DNA of 64,000 nucleotides from Eledone cirrhosa (Eukaryota). Position numbers and translations under genes: made by a program. Of this stretch, positions 14,078 through 25,246 are shown in pieces. The DNA lies in assembly GCA_964016885.1 (NCBI GenBank), contig OZ024743.1, forward strand, positions 200,570,001 through 200,634,000, in the 5' to 3' direction. How positions within the stretch are numbered: the stretch's first letter is position 1; each line of letters starts with the position of its first letter. The notes under the pieces are model-generated. The model was not told the DNA's origin and did no database searches. It saw only the letters and a list, made by a program, of their open reading frames with translations.

Positions 14078-14504
14078 TTCTTTATTTACCACAAGGGTGC
14101 ACAAGAAAAGGGGACAATACAAAGACACATGCCGGAGATTTTACATACAGTCGTAAAAATATTATTAAAACAAACAAATTTAACAATCGAAATCCCCAAT
14201 AGGGGGGTGGCGCCACAAATAGGTTGTTTAATACCCCGTCGATAGAACAACCCTCAACTTCAGGAGCGTGTTGTGCAAGGGCTCCTTTCTTCCTTTTGCT
14301 CTCTTCTTTAACCTACAGGTTTATATACAGAGAAGGCCCAATCACTCGGGCCATTTTTGCTACATTCATCCACCTTTCAGTAAATTTACTGTGCCTCTCT
14401 CTCCATTCTGATTCTCCTTCTAAAGTGGTACCTAAAGAAGGGAATGAGTTGTTGTCCGGAGAGAAAAACATCTGTCCTCAGTCCTCTCAATCTCGTCCAC
14501 CATA
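14077..14504 (-). mobile_element. 5'-truncated Tx1 3' fragment
   Basis: Encodes WWTRLRGLRTDVFLSGQQLIPFFRYHFRRRIRMERE, homologous to the ORF2 C-terminus. Ends in AATAAA; GATA on both sides. Confidence 0.9.
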
Positions 14505-14527
14505 TAGATAGATAGATAGATAGATAA

Positions 14528-17500
14528 ATTTCTTTATTACCCACAAGGGCACAAACGAATGGGACAAATACAAATGGGGAGTTTACATACAGGTATATGA
14601 AAATAAAACATGAATAAAATAACAAATAACAATTGAAATCCCCAATAGGGGGAGGCGTTACACAGGGGTTGTACGCACCCCGAAAAAATGTACACCCTCA
14701 TCTCCAGGAGCACCAAGAGTGAGTAGTCCTTCCTCTCTTCCTCTTTTTCCTCAACCTACAAGCTTATACAGAGAGAAGGCCCAACCACTCGGGCCATCTT
14801 TGCCAAATTCACCCACCTTTTATAAAATTTGCTGGGGTACAACACCTCTCTCCATCCTGATTCTTCTTCCAAAATGATATTTGAAAAAACGAATCAGTTG
14901 TTCGCCGGAGAGAAAGGTGTCTGACCTCAGTCCTTTTAACCTCGTCCAACATATAACTTCTTTCACTATAGCCATAACACATAGGAAACCGCCTCATCCT
15001 CGTTTTTGAAGGAGGTGGCGGTTTGATCATGACAATGGACTCAGTGGTCAACTGGATTGGTCCCACCCGCGACAATAGTCGTTCTACATAGCCCCACAGG
15101 TCGGTAACGCCGGGGCAGTGTACAAATACGTGTGCGACGGTTTCCTCGTCGCGCACGCATCTCAGACAGATCTTTTTCGAAGGGTCCCTGCCCGGGCGCC
15201 CGTGTCTGTAGAGCTTGTCGCGAACTGGTAAAGCTCCTTGGTAGCACTACCAGGCCAGGGACTTTAGGAAGTTGTCCATTGGTCCCGGGCGAAAGGTCCT
15301 ACCGAACAGACTGGCCAGTTCGTCCTCCTCTACGCCTAGAGTTTCTCTGAGCGCGTCGTCGCACTTGCTACAGACCAACACTCTATAGAATGTCGAAGTG
15401 GAGTCTCCATTGATCGCCGGGTCCGTTTGCCAGAGGACTGTGAGCGCCTGAGCACATTCGATGTGCCAGTCGCCCATTTTCCCCGGTTTTGCTTGACACA
15501 GGACTGCAGCTCGGTCAGCGAGACGAGTCGTGGGAAGGCTCGCCTCACGAACAGGGCCCACACCGGTTGTCCGGTGAGGAATACGCGGAGGTGCCGCAGC
15601 CTGAGTGCGTGTTTGCGCATCGTCAGCCACGGCATCCCCAGCCCTCCGTTTGAAGGGTTTTGGCAGCAGATATAGATCTTCTCACCAAAGGAGCCCGTTT
15701 CTTCCAAAGGAATTGGAAGAGCGCGCGCTCCATGTTGGTGAGCATTTTGGCTGGACAAGGCACGACGGTCAAGCGGTAGTAGATGCCGGACGCTATAAAA
15801 GTGTTCGCCACCTCCGCTCGACCTTTCAAGGATAGTTTGGACTCGGCCCACTTCTGGGTGAGCACAAACACCTTGGCCGTCACCTCGTTCCAGTTCTTCT
15901 CCACCTGGAGATCCGGACCAAACCAGATCCCAAGCAGCTTTACCGGTCCTTCCATCCAGCGTCCGACGACGCCATCGGAAGGCATCGGTTTGCCTCTCCA
16001 CGTTCCGAGTTGCAAACCGACGGATTTGTCCCGGTTTAGCTTCGCTCCTGTGAACCTTTCGTATACCTCCAGTAAGGTGCCGACCTCCCCAATTTGCGAG
16101 ATTTTCGACACCATTACTGTCACGTCGTCGGCGTAGGCCGACGCCGCTTTTCGCAGTCCCGGTTCCAGAGGGATGCCCTGCAATAGCTCCAACTTCCGCA
16201 GTAGTGGCTCGAGAATCAATACGTACAGAAGGGAGGAGAGAGAGCATCCTTGTCGGATGGATCGCGTGATATGGAACGGCTCCGTGAGGTAGCTGTTCAC
16301 CTTGACCATTGAGCAGATATTGTTGCTGTGCATTGCAGCAATCCAACCCCTGAACACGGATCCGAAGCCTGCCGCCTCGAGCACCGCATTCAAGTAACGA
16401 TGGTCAACCCTATCGAAAGCCTTAGACTGATCCAAGTTGATCAGTGCCCCACCGAAGCCGGGTTTACACCCTACCCTCTCTATGATGTATTGCATGAGGT
16501 GGAGGTTGTCGTGTATGGACCTGGTCGGGATTGCGCATGTCTGCGCTTCTCCCACCAGGTTTTCCAGAGTTATGGGCCGGAAGTTGCCTATGTCATTCCC
16601 CTTATTCTCGTCCTTCCTGACTAACGTGACTACGCCCTTCGTCACAGAACTGGGAATTCTCCCGGTGCGCTGCCCTGCTCGAACAGTTGAGCAAAGTGCC
16701 GCTGAAAGGCCGCTCACATCTGCTTCGGCTCACGTATCACGCGTCCGTCTTGATCCTTCAAAGACCGAATCATGGACTTGTTGCCACTTTTTGCCTCCGT
16801 CACTCGGGCCCAGTTAACAGCTTTGGCTCCCTCGTTTCCCAGAGCACGTATTTTGCTCCTGACAACGCAGCCTTCGTGCTTTTCGTCGAAGAACTAGTCC
16901 AATGCCGTTCTCGTCGCTAGCACGCTGGCTACGTTGCCACTCATAAGTGCCTCTTCTACTTTATCTACCAGTTCCCTTTCGGTCTTATTTCTATCTAACA
17001 CAAATTCTTTACTAAAACCTATCGAGTCTAATCTGACTGCCCTCTTGAGAAAGTACCACCATCTGTTGTTGACAATGGCCCTCGTCAAGTGCTGTTTAAC
17101 TAAAGTGCTAATGCGTTTACTGTAGGCTTTGCATGTCGGTAACGACAAGTTCAGCTTCCAGTAGCCGGGTCCCTGTCTATGGGTTCTGTCAAGTTTGACT
17201 AAGCAGGTTACTAGTTTGTGATCTGAAAAGGCACCCATGAACATATGTGGACAGCTTAACATGTCCCTATCGCTAACTCTAACTAGAAACCTATCTAGGT
17301 ACGACCTAGATGTTCCGCTATGGTTGGTCCACGTCTACAGTGGCACAGTTGCAAAATCTAGTCGATATCTATCGGCCAGTTGAAATCGGCCGATTAACTG
17401 TTTGAGGCTGTTACACCCTCCTCTATCGGGATATGCTCCCACATAGTCCCAACGTACATCTAGGATTCCATTCCAGTCCCCCACTAACAGCAGGGAGCGG

Positions 17501-17974
17501 GACGTTCCCAGAAAAGTCTCTAGACGTTTGAAGTCTGGCCGCAGTGTCCGGATGGGGCATATGCGGCCACCAACCTGAAGGCTCCGCCTTCACTACCGTC
17601 AACGTCTAGGACCACCAGTCGACCCTCCGGGTCCAGATGTACCGTCTGTGTTACAAGGTCCAGGTGTTTCCGCAGCAAAACGGCAACCCCACCCCACCTC
17701 CCGGCTGACAGAGAGATGCGTAGAATTCAAAGTCGTCGAAGATGAGGGGCCATTTGTCGCTGGCTGTGTATCCTGGACTCGCAAAGGGCTACTACATCCA
17801 TACTGTGCGACCTGAGGTCGTTTAAGAGTTTGCCCTGTTTCCAGGGCATCCCCAAGCCGCGTACATTCACACATCCAACTCTTATATTGACCATGTTGGT
17901 GCTGAAAAGTAAAAAGAAGGGGGCAAGAAATCACTCACCTCTTCGTCTCCTGGGGACCATGCTGCACAATTTCC
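14528..17974 (-). mobile_element. Tx1 subfamily A copy: ORF2 with internal deletion plus the last codons of ORF1
   Basis: RT ORF 15623..16717 (YADD); endonuclease start ATG at ~17894; high similarity to 8197-11890; deletion junction at ~16665-16690. Confidence 0.92.
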
Positions 17975-20135
17975 ATCCCCCTTGTTCTCGTCCTTCCTCA
18001 CTAGCGAGACTACGCCCTTAGTCACAGAACAGGGAATTCTCCCGTTCTGTTGCCAGTTGCAGTAGACCGCCTCGAGAGATCGGAGAAAAAGTCCGACATC
18101 GCTACATAAAGTTCGTACGGAAGACCATCGAGACCCGGGGATTTGCGTTTGCCGCATTGGCTCAGCACGTCCCCTATTTCAGCAGCTGAAATTGGCCGTT
18201 CGCAGGACTTCGCCTCCGCGTTCGAAAGACGCGGTAGGCCGTCTAGGTATTGACCGAAGTCCACATCCCCATCCGGCCCCCCGCCCCTCCCGAACAGTCG
18301 TGCAAAGTGCCTTTGAAAAGCCTCACATATCTGTCCAGCTTCAAGGATCACCCGTCCATCCTGGTCCTTCAAAGACCGGATAGTGGATTTAATCCCACTT
18401 TTGGCTTCTGTCATGCGGGCCCAGCTAACAGCTTTGGCCCCTTCGTTTCCCAGAGCACGTATTTTGCTTCTGACAACGCAGCCTTCGTGTTTCGCGTCGA
18501 AACACTGGTCTACGGCCGTTCTCGACGCTAGCACTCTGGATACGTTGCCGCTTCTAATCGCCTCTTCTACTCTATCTACCAACCCCCTTTCCTTCCTATT
18601 CCTATCTGTGGCTAATTCCTTACTAAAACCTATCGAGACTACTCTAATCTCTCTCTTGAGAGAGCCCCACCACCTGCTGTTGACGATAGCCCCGTCAACC
18701 GTTCCTTAATTAAAGCGCTAATCCGATCCCTGTAAGCTTTACTTGCCGGTAAGGACAAGTTCAGCTTCCAGTAACCGGGTCCCTGTCTATACGTTCTATC
18801 AAGGTTGACTAAGCAGGTCAATAATTTGTGATCTGAATATTTCAAGAGGACGCGGTCCATTCGTTTTACACAGGGGGGCCCACGTCTTTTAGTTCTGTAT
18901 AAATGTCTATCGGAGTTTTAATCATTTTAAAGATGGGTTCTCTGTGTCCCTCGTAAAGGTTTTTAGTTTGTTGAAGACAGGCAGCCCTCAGGTAACACCT
19001 ATACCGCCAAAGTGGCCCCTGGTGGATTTATCTATATCAAGGAGTTCATCTTCGTTGTCCAGTATCCCTCCTAGTATCCACCACATATTTGTATTTGGGT
19101 GTATACCGGAGATTGTTATTTTTTTAGTTTTCTTCCCCATGTAGGTGGGGAAGAAAGTGTACTGTCTGGACACAATTGGCGACACCGAGTATTTTTGTAC
19201 CACCAATTGGTCCTTCATCAAAATTGTCAGACTCCCATATAACTTCTCTCTCTCAATAAAAATCATGTCCTTCAACGCATCTTTTAACACCAGCTCAATT
19301 TCGCTATGCGATAATTGAGCTGGTTTTTTCGACGCATTTGATATAGTTCTAAAATGAATTGTCCTTAGGACCGTGTCTCTTTTAATATCCTTAGGGGAGA
19401 TTATGGTGAATTCACCGTTTTCACCAAAGCTCACCTGTTTTCTCCCCTCTTTTATCAATTCCGCTGCATTACTGATGTCAACTGGGGTGAAAGTTTCGGT
19501 CTCCTTAACGACTTGGACAAAGGATATTCGTGAAGTGGGGTCTTTTTTGTGTTTCGTTGCTGTTGTTCTTGGGTGTTTGCGTTTTGGTTGTTGTTGTTTG
19601 CGGTACAGTTTTTTTGGTTTTCACCCATATTTTCGTCTTTGAGTTCACATTGTTTTCTTTGTCATTGTTGCTGCTGTTTTCGCTTTTGTGTGTGTTTGTG
19701 TTATTTTCTTTGTTATTTGTGTTGGTGTTGTTGGTGTCAGTGTAATTTATACATTCTTTCAATTTACTGTTTCCATTATTTGGGTTATTACCCAAGTTTT
19801 TACAATTGTTCACCAAATCCACTTCCATACTCGCATGCGAAAGCGAGAGAAGAGAAGCTTCAGTAGGTTGAGTTACTTGTTCCTCTTTATCACTTTCCCT
19901 GGGGGGCGTGGAAGTGGTGTTTCATGTATGGTGTCCATTATTGTAAGTTGGTATACAATTTTTTCAAAGTAGTTTTTATCCCCAAAAAGGGGTAAAAATA
20001 AAATAACTACTCGTCTGCAAGTCCAGGCGGGAGGTTAGGTCACACAAATAAAACAAATGAAACACAAACTCACAGTCAAAAACGAAATACAATTCCAAAA
20101 AGGCTGCAGCCGAAGTAACACACGTCTACTATCAA
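17975..20135 (-). mobile_element. Internally deleted, diverged Tx1 5' portion (5' UTR, ORF1 pieces, endonuclease-RT linker)
   Basis: ORFs 19505..19828 and 18988..19458 match ORF1; 18639..18860 and 18022..18582 match ORF2 (SDHK, GPGYWKLN, PGLDGLPYE). The 5' end motif CGTGTGTYACTTCG is shared with the 13987 end. Confidence 0.88.
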
Positions 20136-20202
20136 CAATAGATAGATAGATAGATAGATACAGAGATAGATAGACAGATATAGACAGATAGATATAGATA
20201 AA

Positions 20203-21142
20203 TTTCTATTTATTGCCACGAGGGCACAAAAGAAGGGGACAAATACAAGGGGGGGGGGGGTTACACAATAGAACGAGTAAAAAACAAATAAGAACTATAA
20301 AATTAACAAAGTCCTCAATAGGGAGGAGGCGTTTTGGGGGTCGCACACACACCCTAAAGAGTGTGCAACCCTTCTCCTCAGGAGCACAAAAAGAGGGTAC
20401 TCCCTTCTTCTTCCATCTTTTTCACCTACAGGCTGATATAGAGAGAAGGCCCATTCACACAGGCCATTCTCGCCACTTTCACCCACCTTTCATAAAACTG
20501 GCTGGGGTGGAGCACCTCTCTCTCCATCCTGATCCTTCTTCCGAAATGATATCGGAAGAAAAGGACCAGTTGTTGGCCGGAGAGAAAGGTGCCCGACCTC
20601 AGCCCTTTCAAACACGTCCACCATACAACCTCTTTCACCATGGCTATTACGCACAGAAACACCGCCTCTCCTTCATTTTTGAAGGGGAGAGGCGGCTTGG
20701 TCGTTATAATGGACTCGGTGGTCAACTGGATAGGTTCCACCCGTGAGAGCAGTCGTTCGACATAGCCCCACAGATCGGTGAAGCCCGGGCAGTGTACCAA
20801 TGCATGTGCGACGGTTTCCTCGTCGCGCACGCATCTGGGACAGATCTTTTTCGAGGGGTCCCTACCCGGGCGCCCGTGTCTGTAAGGCTTTTCTCGAACG
20901 GGCAGAGCCCCTCAGTAGCACTGCCAGGCCAGGGACTTCTGGAAGTTGTCCATAGGTCCCGGGCTAAATGTCCTACCGAACAGGCTGGCCAGTTCGTCTT
21001 CCTCCATGTCTAGGGCTTCTCCCAGAGCGTCGTCGCACCTGCTGCGCACCAGCCCTCTATAGAATGTCGAGGTGGAGTCTTCAATGATAGCCGGGTCCGC
21101 CTGCCAGAGAACCGTGAGCGCATGGGCACACTCGGTGTGCCA
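20203..21142 (-). mobile_element. 5'-truncated Tx1 3' fragment (subfamily B)
   Basis: ORFs 20912..21172 and 20426..20830 match the ORF2 C-terminus; closest to 56277-57898; GATA on both flanks. Confidence 0.92.
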
Positions 21143-21157
21143 GATAGATAGATATAT

Positions 21158-21197
21158 TTCTTTATTAGCCACAGGGGCACAAAAGAAGGGGACAAAT
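21158..21197 (-). mobile_element. ~40-bp extreme 3' tip of a Tx1 inside (GATA)n
   Basis: ttctttattagccacaggggcacaaaagaaggggacaaata matches the 3' ends at 8199-8237 and 20203-20245. Confidence 0.85.
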
Positions 21198-21265
21198 AGA
21201 TAGACAGATATAGATAGATAGATATAGATAGATAGATATAGATAGATATATAGATAGATAGATAG

Positions 21266-21760
21266 GAGATGGAGAGAGAAAAGTGAAAAGAAATGTGCAA
21301 GAGAAGGGAAGAGAGTGAGAGGAGGGATGAAGAGGTAGAAGGAGGGAGAAAAGGAGAAATTGTGAAAGAAAGTCCGTATGTAAGCGAAAAAGAGAAGAGG
21401 AACGGAGAGAAAGAAAGATATGAGTAGTTAAATAAAGGAATTGGTGAGAGGGGGTGGAGGGGTGGAGTACAAATGGATAAAAATGATGAGCAGTGAGAAT
21501 AGAAGAGGTGGAAATGTTCAAAGGATGAGAAAGATCAGAAAGAAATGACAGCAGCAAACATATATAAAATTGGTGAAAAGATTCCATGAGTTAGAGGACA
21601 GAGAGAATGAGAGAAAGAGAGAGTGGGGGAGGGGGCAGGGAGGGATATGGGTAAATAGAGGGAGACTGAGAGGACAAGAGAGACAGAGGGTTAGAAAAAA
21701 CGTGAGAGGGACAGAGGAAGGAGAGTACCAGAGAGAGGGCGGGAGAGAGGGAGAAAGAAT

Positions 21761-21801
<41 letters not shown>

Positions 21802-22290
21802 TAACAGAGAAAGAAGGGAAGAGAATAAGAGAGAGAGAGAGAGATGGAAGGAGTGAGTAACAGAGAGAGTGAAGAAAGAGTAACAGAGACAGAGAGAGAA
21901 TAACAGAGAAAGAAGGGGAGGGAGTAAGAGTGAGATGGAAGGAGAGAGTAACAGGGGGAGAGAGGATGGGAGAGAGGGAGAGAGAGTAACAGAGAGAGTA
22001 ACAGAGAGAAAGAGAGAGGGTGGGAGAGGGGGAGAGAGAGTAACAAGGAGAGAGAGTAAGAGATAAAGAGAGAGAGAGTAACAGAGAAAGAAGGGGAGAG
22101 AGTAAGAGAAAAAGAGAGCGAGACGGAGAAGGAAGAGTAACAGAGAGAAAGAGAGAGACAGAAAGAGAGCAGAGAGTGACAGAGAGAAGGAGCGAATGAG
22201 AACGAAAGAGAACGAGATATATACAGACAAAGAATTATTAGAGAGGAGAAAAGAAAGACATAAAACAAATATAGGAGAGAGAACAAAAAA
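21266..22290. repeat. Purine-rich (GA) low-complexity tract with a recurring GTAACAGAGA motif
   Basis: Strong A/G strand bias; many GAGTAACAGAGA variants in 21760-22190. Confidence 0.85.
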
Positions 22291-22321
22291 AGTGACATAT
22301 AAACACACACACGCACACACG

Positions 22322-22395
<74 letters not shown>

Positions 22396-22399
<4 letters not shown>

Positions 22400-22602
22400 G
22401 GCGAGTGGTTAGAGAATGTGATTTGCAATCGTGAGGTTGTGAGTTCGATACTGGACCGGGTGGTGCGTTATGTCCTTGAGCAAGACACTTTATTTTCACG
22501 TTGCTCCTTCTACCTGGAGTTGTGACCGATAGATAGTATTAGCAATTGGAAAGACCAACGGAAACATTGTTTCCTCGGTCCGATTTGACGAAAGTCGATC
22601 GA
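22396..22602 (+). mobile_element. tRNA-derived SINE, family 2
   Basis: B-box-like GAGTTCGA, central TGTCCTTGAGCAAGACACTT, tail ...CCGATTTGACGAAAGTCGAT. Other copies at 30526-30733(-) and 39786-39978(-); tail fragments at 28350-28400(+) and 40344-40410(-). Confidence 0.85.
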
Positions 22603-22646
22603 CTGAAAAAAAAAAAAATATATATATATATACACACACGCACACG

Positions 22647-22712
<66 letters not shown>

Positions 22713-22929
22713 CTAGAGAGAGAGAGAGTGACATAGAGGGGCAAAGAGAGATTATAGAAAGAGGCAGGAGGAGAAAAGAGGGTGGGAAAGGACATTAACA
22801 CAAAGACATTATAGGAAGAATAAGATGTGAGGGAGTAGAGATAGCCTCATACAGCAATTAGAGAATGAGGGGCATGAATAAAACACATACCTACAAAGAA
22901 AAACTGGTGAAAGAGAAAGAGAGAAAACA

Positions 22930-22960
<31 letters not shown>

Positions 22961-23106
22961 GTTTGTGTGTATATATACACACACACATGTATATATATAT
23001 AACATATATATTACGTATATATTACATATATATGCGCAAAATGCACAGAAGAACTAAAACATGTATTCATACACAACCATAACCCTACAATAAAGAAAAA
23101 TAGCAC

Positions 23107-23237
<131 letters not shown>

Positions 23238-23341
23238 GGAGTGAAAGAATAAAAGAGCGGTCTCTTTTCAAATGTCTTCCCGGTGAATAGCTATTCAGAA
23301 AGAACGGTGTCTTTTCTGACACATAATTCTTTTTAGGCCAT

Positions 23342-23414
<73 letters not shown>

Positions 23415-23434
23415 TATATATATGGCCTAAAAAG

Positions 23435-23521
<87 letters not shown>

Positions 23522-23581
23522 GAGAGAGAGAGAAAAGAAATAATATATATATACATTCATACATACATACATATATATATA

Positions 23582-23640
<59 letters not shown>

Positions 23641-24167
23641 AAGCTGCAGAAATTCGAATTGCTCGTTGTTTTCAATAAACAAGCGACAGACAAAAAGACA
23701 GAATTTCGAGAACTTATTCCTTCCTAATATAGGTTTTTCGTTGTCCGGCTTTCTTAATCAATCTCCGCTTGAGCGATTTTTAGCGGAGAATCTGGTAAAA
23801 GAAATTGGTTCAATCTTACTTGATTCTAGGTCTTCAACACAACACTGCACACACCAAACATAATCATTTCCCCTGTTAATTATATATTTCATAAAGACTT
23901 ATCATCAATTGTGCTTGCTTTTTCTATGAACAGCACCATAGGACAAGGTGGTCTCACCATAAAATAGTCAAATGAATAAAGAGGTAAAGCTAGGCAGGTC
24001 AGAAGCAGGTAATTTACCAGAACTACTCGTATTATACGATTGCAATTATCTATATAAATATATAAACGTATTCAAAAACATATACGTGTACACATCACAT
24101 ACACAAACACATACACAAACACACACACATATATATATATATACACACACACAATGATATATATATG

Positions 24168-24198
<31 letters not shown>

Positions 24199-24495
24199 AC
24201 ACACACATAAACTGACATCATTGGAAACTTCTTCAAAAGGATGCTTGAAAAGCCGGTGTTTGATCCCAAACCTGCTTTCTCCTCCCCCCCCCCTCTCTAT
24301 ATCGCCCCTCTCTCTCCTCTCTCTCTATATATAGACACACACACACACATACGAAAAGAAAAAGTCGCACAGTTTTCATTAGATGGTAAGTTCTTTGCAG
24401 ATTAATACCGCATGTGTTGTTACTCTTCATAAAAACTTATTGTGTATACGTAATGTATGTGATATCAATGCAAGCATATATATGTATAAATATAT

Positions 24496-24563
<68 letters not shown>

Positions 24564-24709
24564 GTATATATTACATATACATATATGTATGTATATATTG
24601 CATATATATACGTGTGTGTGTGTAAGTATGTATATATATATATATTATATCTGTGCGTTTGGAATGGCAAACAGGAGAAAAAGTATTCAATACCAAAGTA
24701 CGGTATATC

Positions 24710-24767
<58 letters not shown>

Positions 24768-25246
24768 GGGGGGGGTGCGCGCGCGCGCGTGTGTGTGTGT
24801 TTATATATACGTATGTGGTTGCTGGTTGAGTGAAAAGAGTACTCAATGCCGAAGTTTGAATATTCATTTTATTAAGGATTAATAGTGATTCTTGTGACTG
24901 GGAAGACACAGACTGAAGCAATAATGCACACCTACCAATTTCACCCCATCGGCACACAACCACATCTAAGACACACCTGGACAACCCCCCCCCCCCCCCC
25001 CCACACACACACCACCACCACCACACACCTGCTTCGGCCCCCATTCCCGAATGTTCGACCACCAACCTTCCCTAACAACCCTTTACAAACTCCCATTCAT
25101 GTGCCTATCTGCTCTCTCTCTAAACTCTCGATTTCCTGGCGAAGTCGTCCGAAGCGATGAACCTACCTCTACTTCCTCCTAAGCGTGATACTAATAACTC
25201 TTTGTGTTTTACATCCTTCTGTCTGTTTAATTTATTCAACTATATA

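Noticed and set aside
22396-22470. tRNA gene
   Set aside because: The tRNA-like boxes continue into a multi-copy SINE body and no full cloverleaf is evident.
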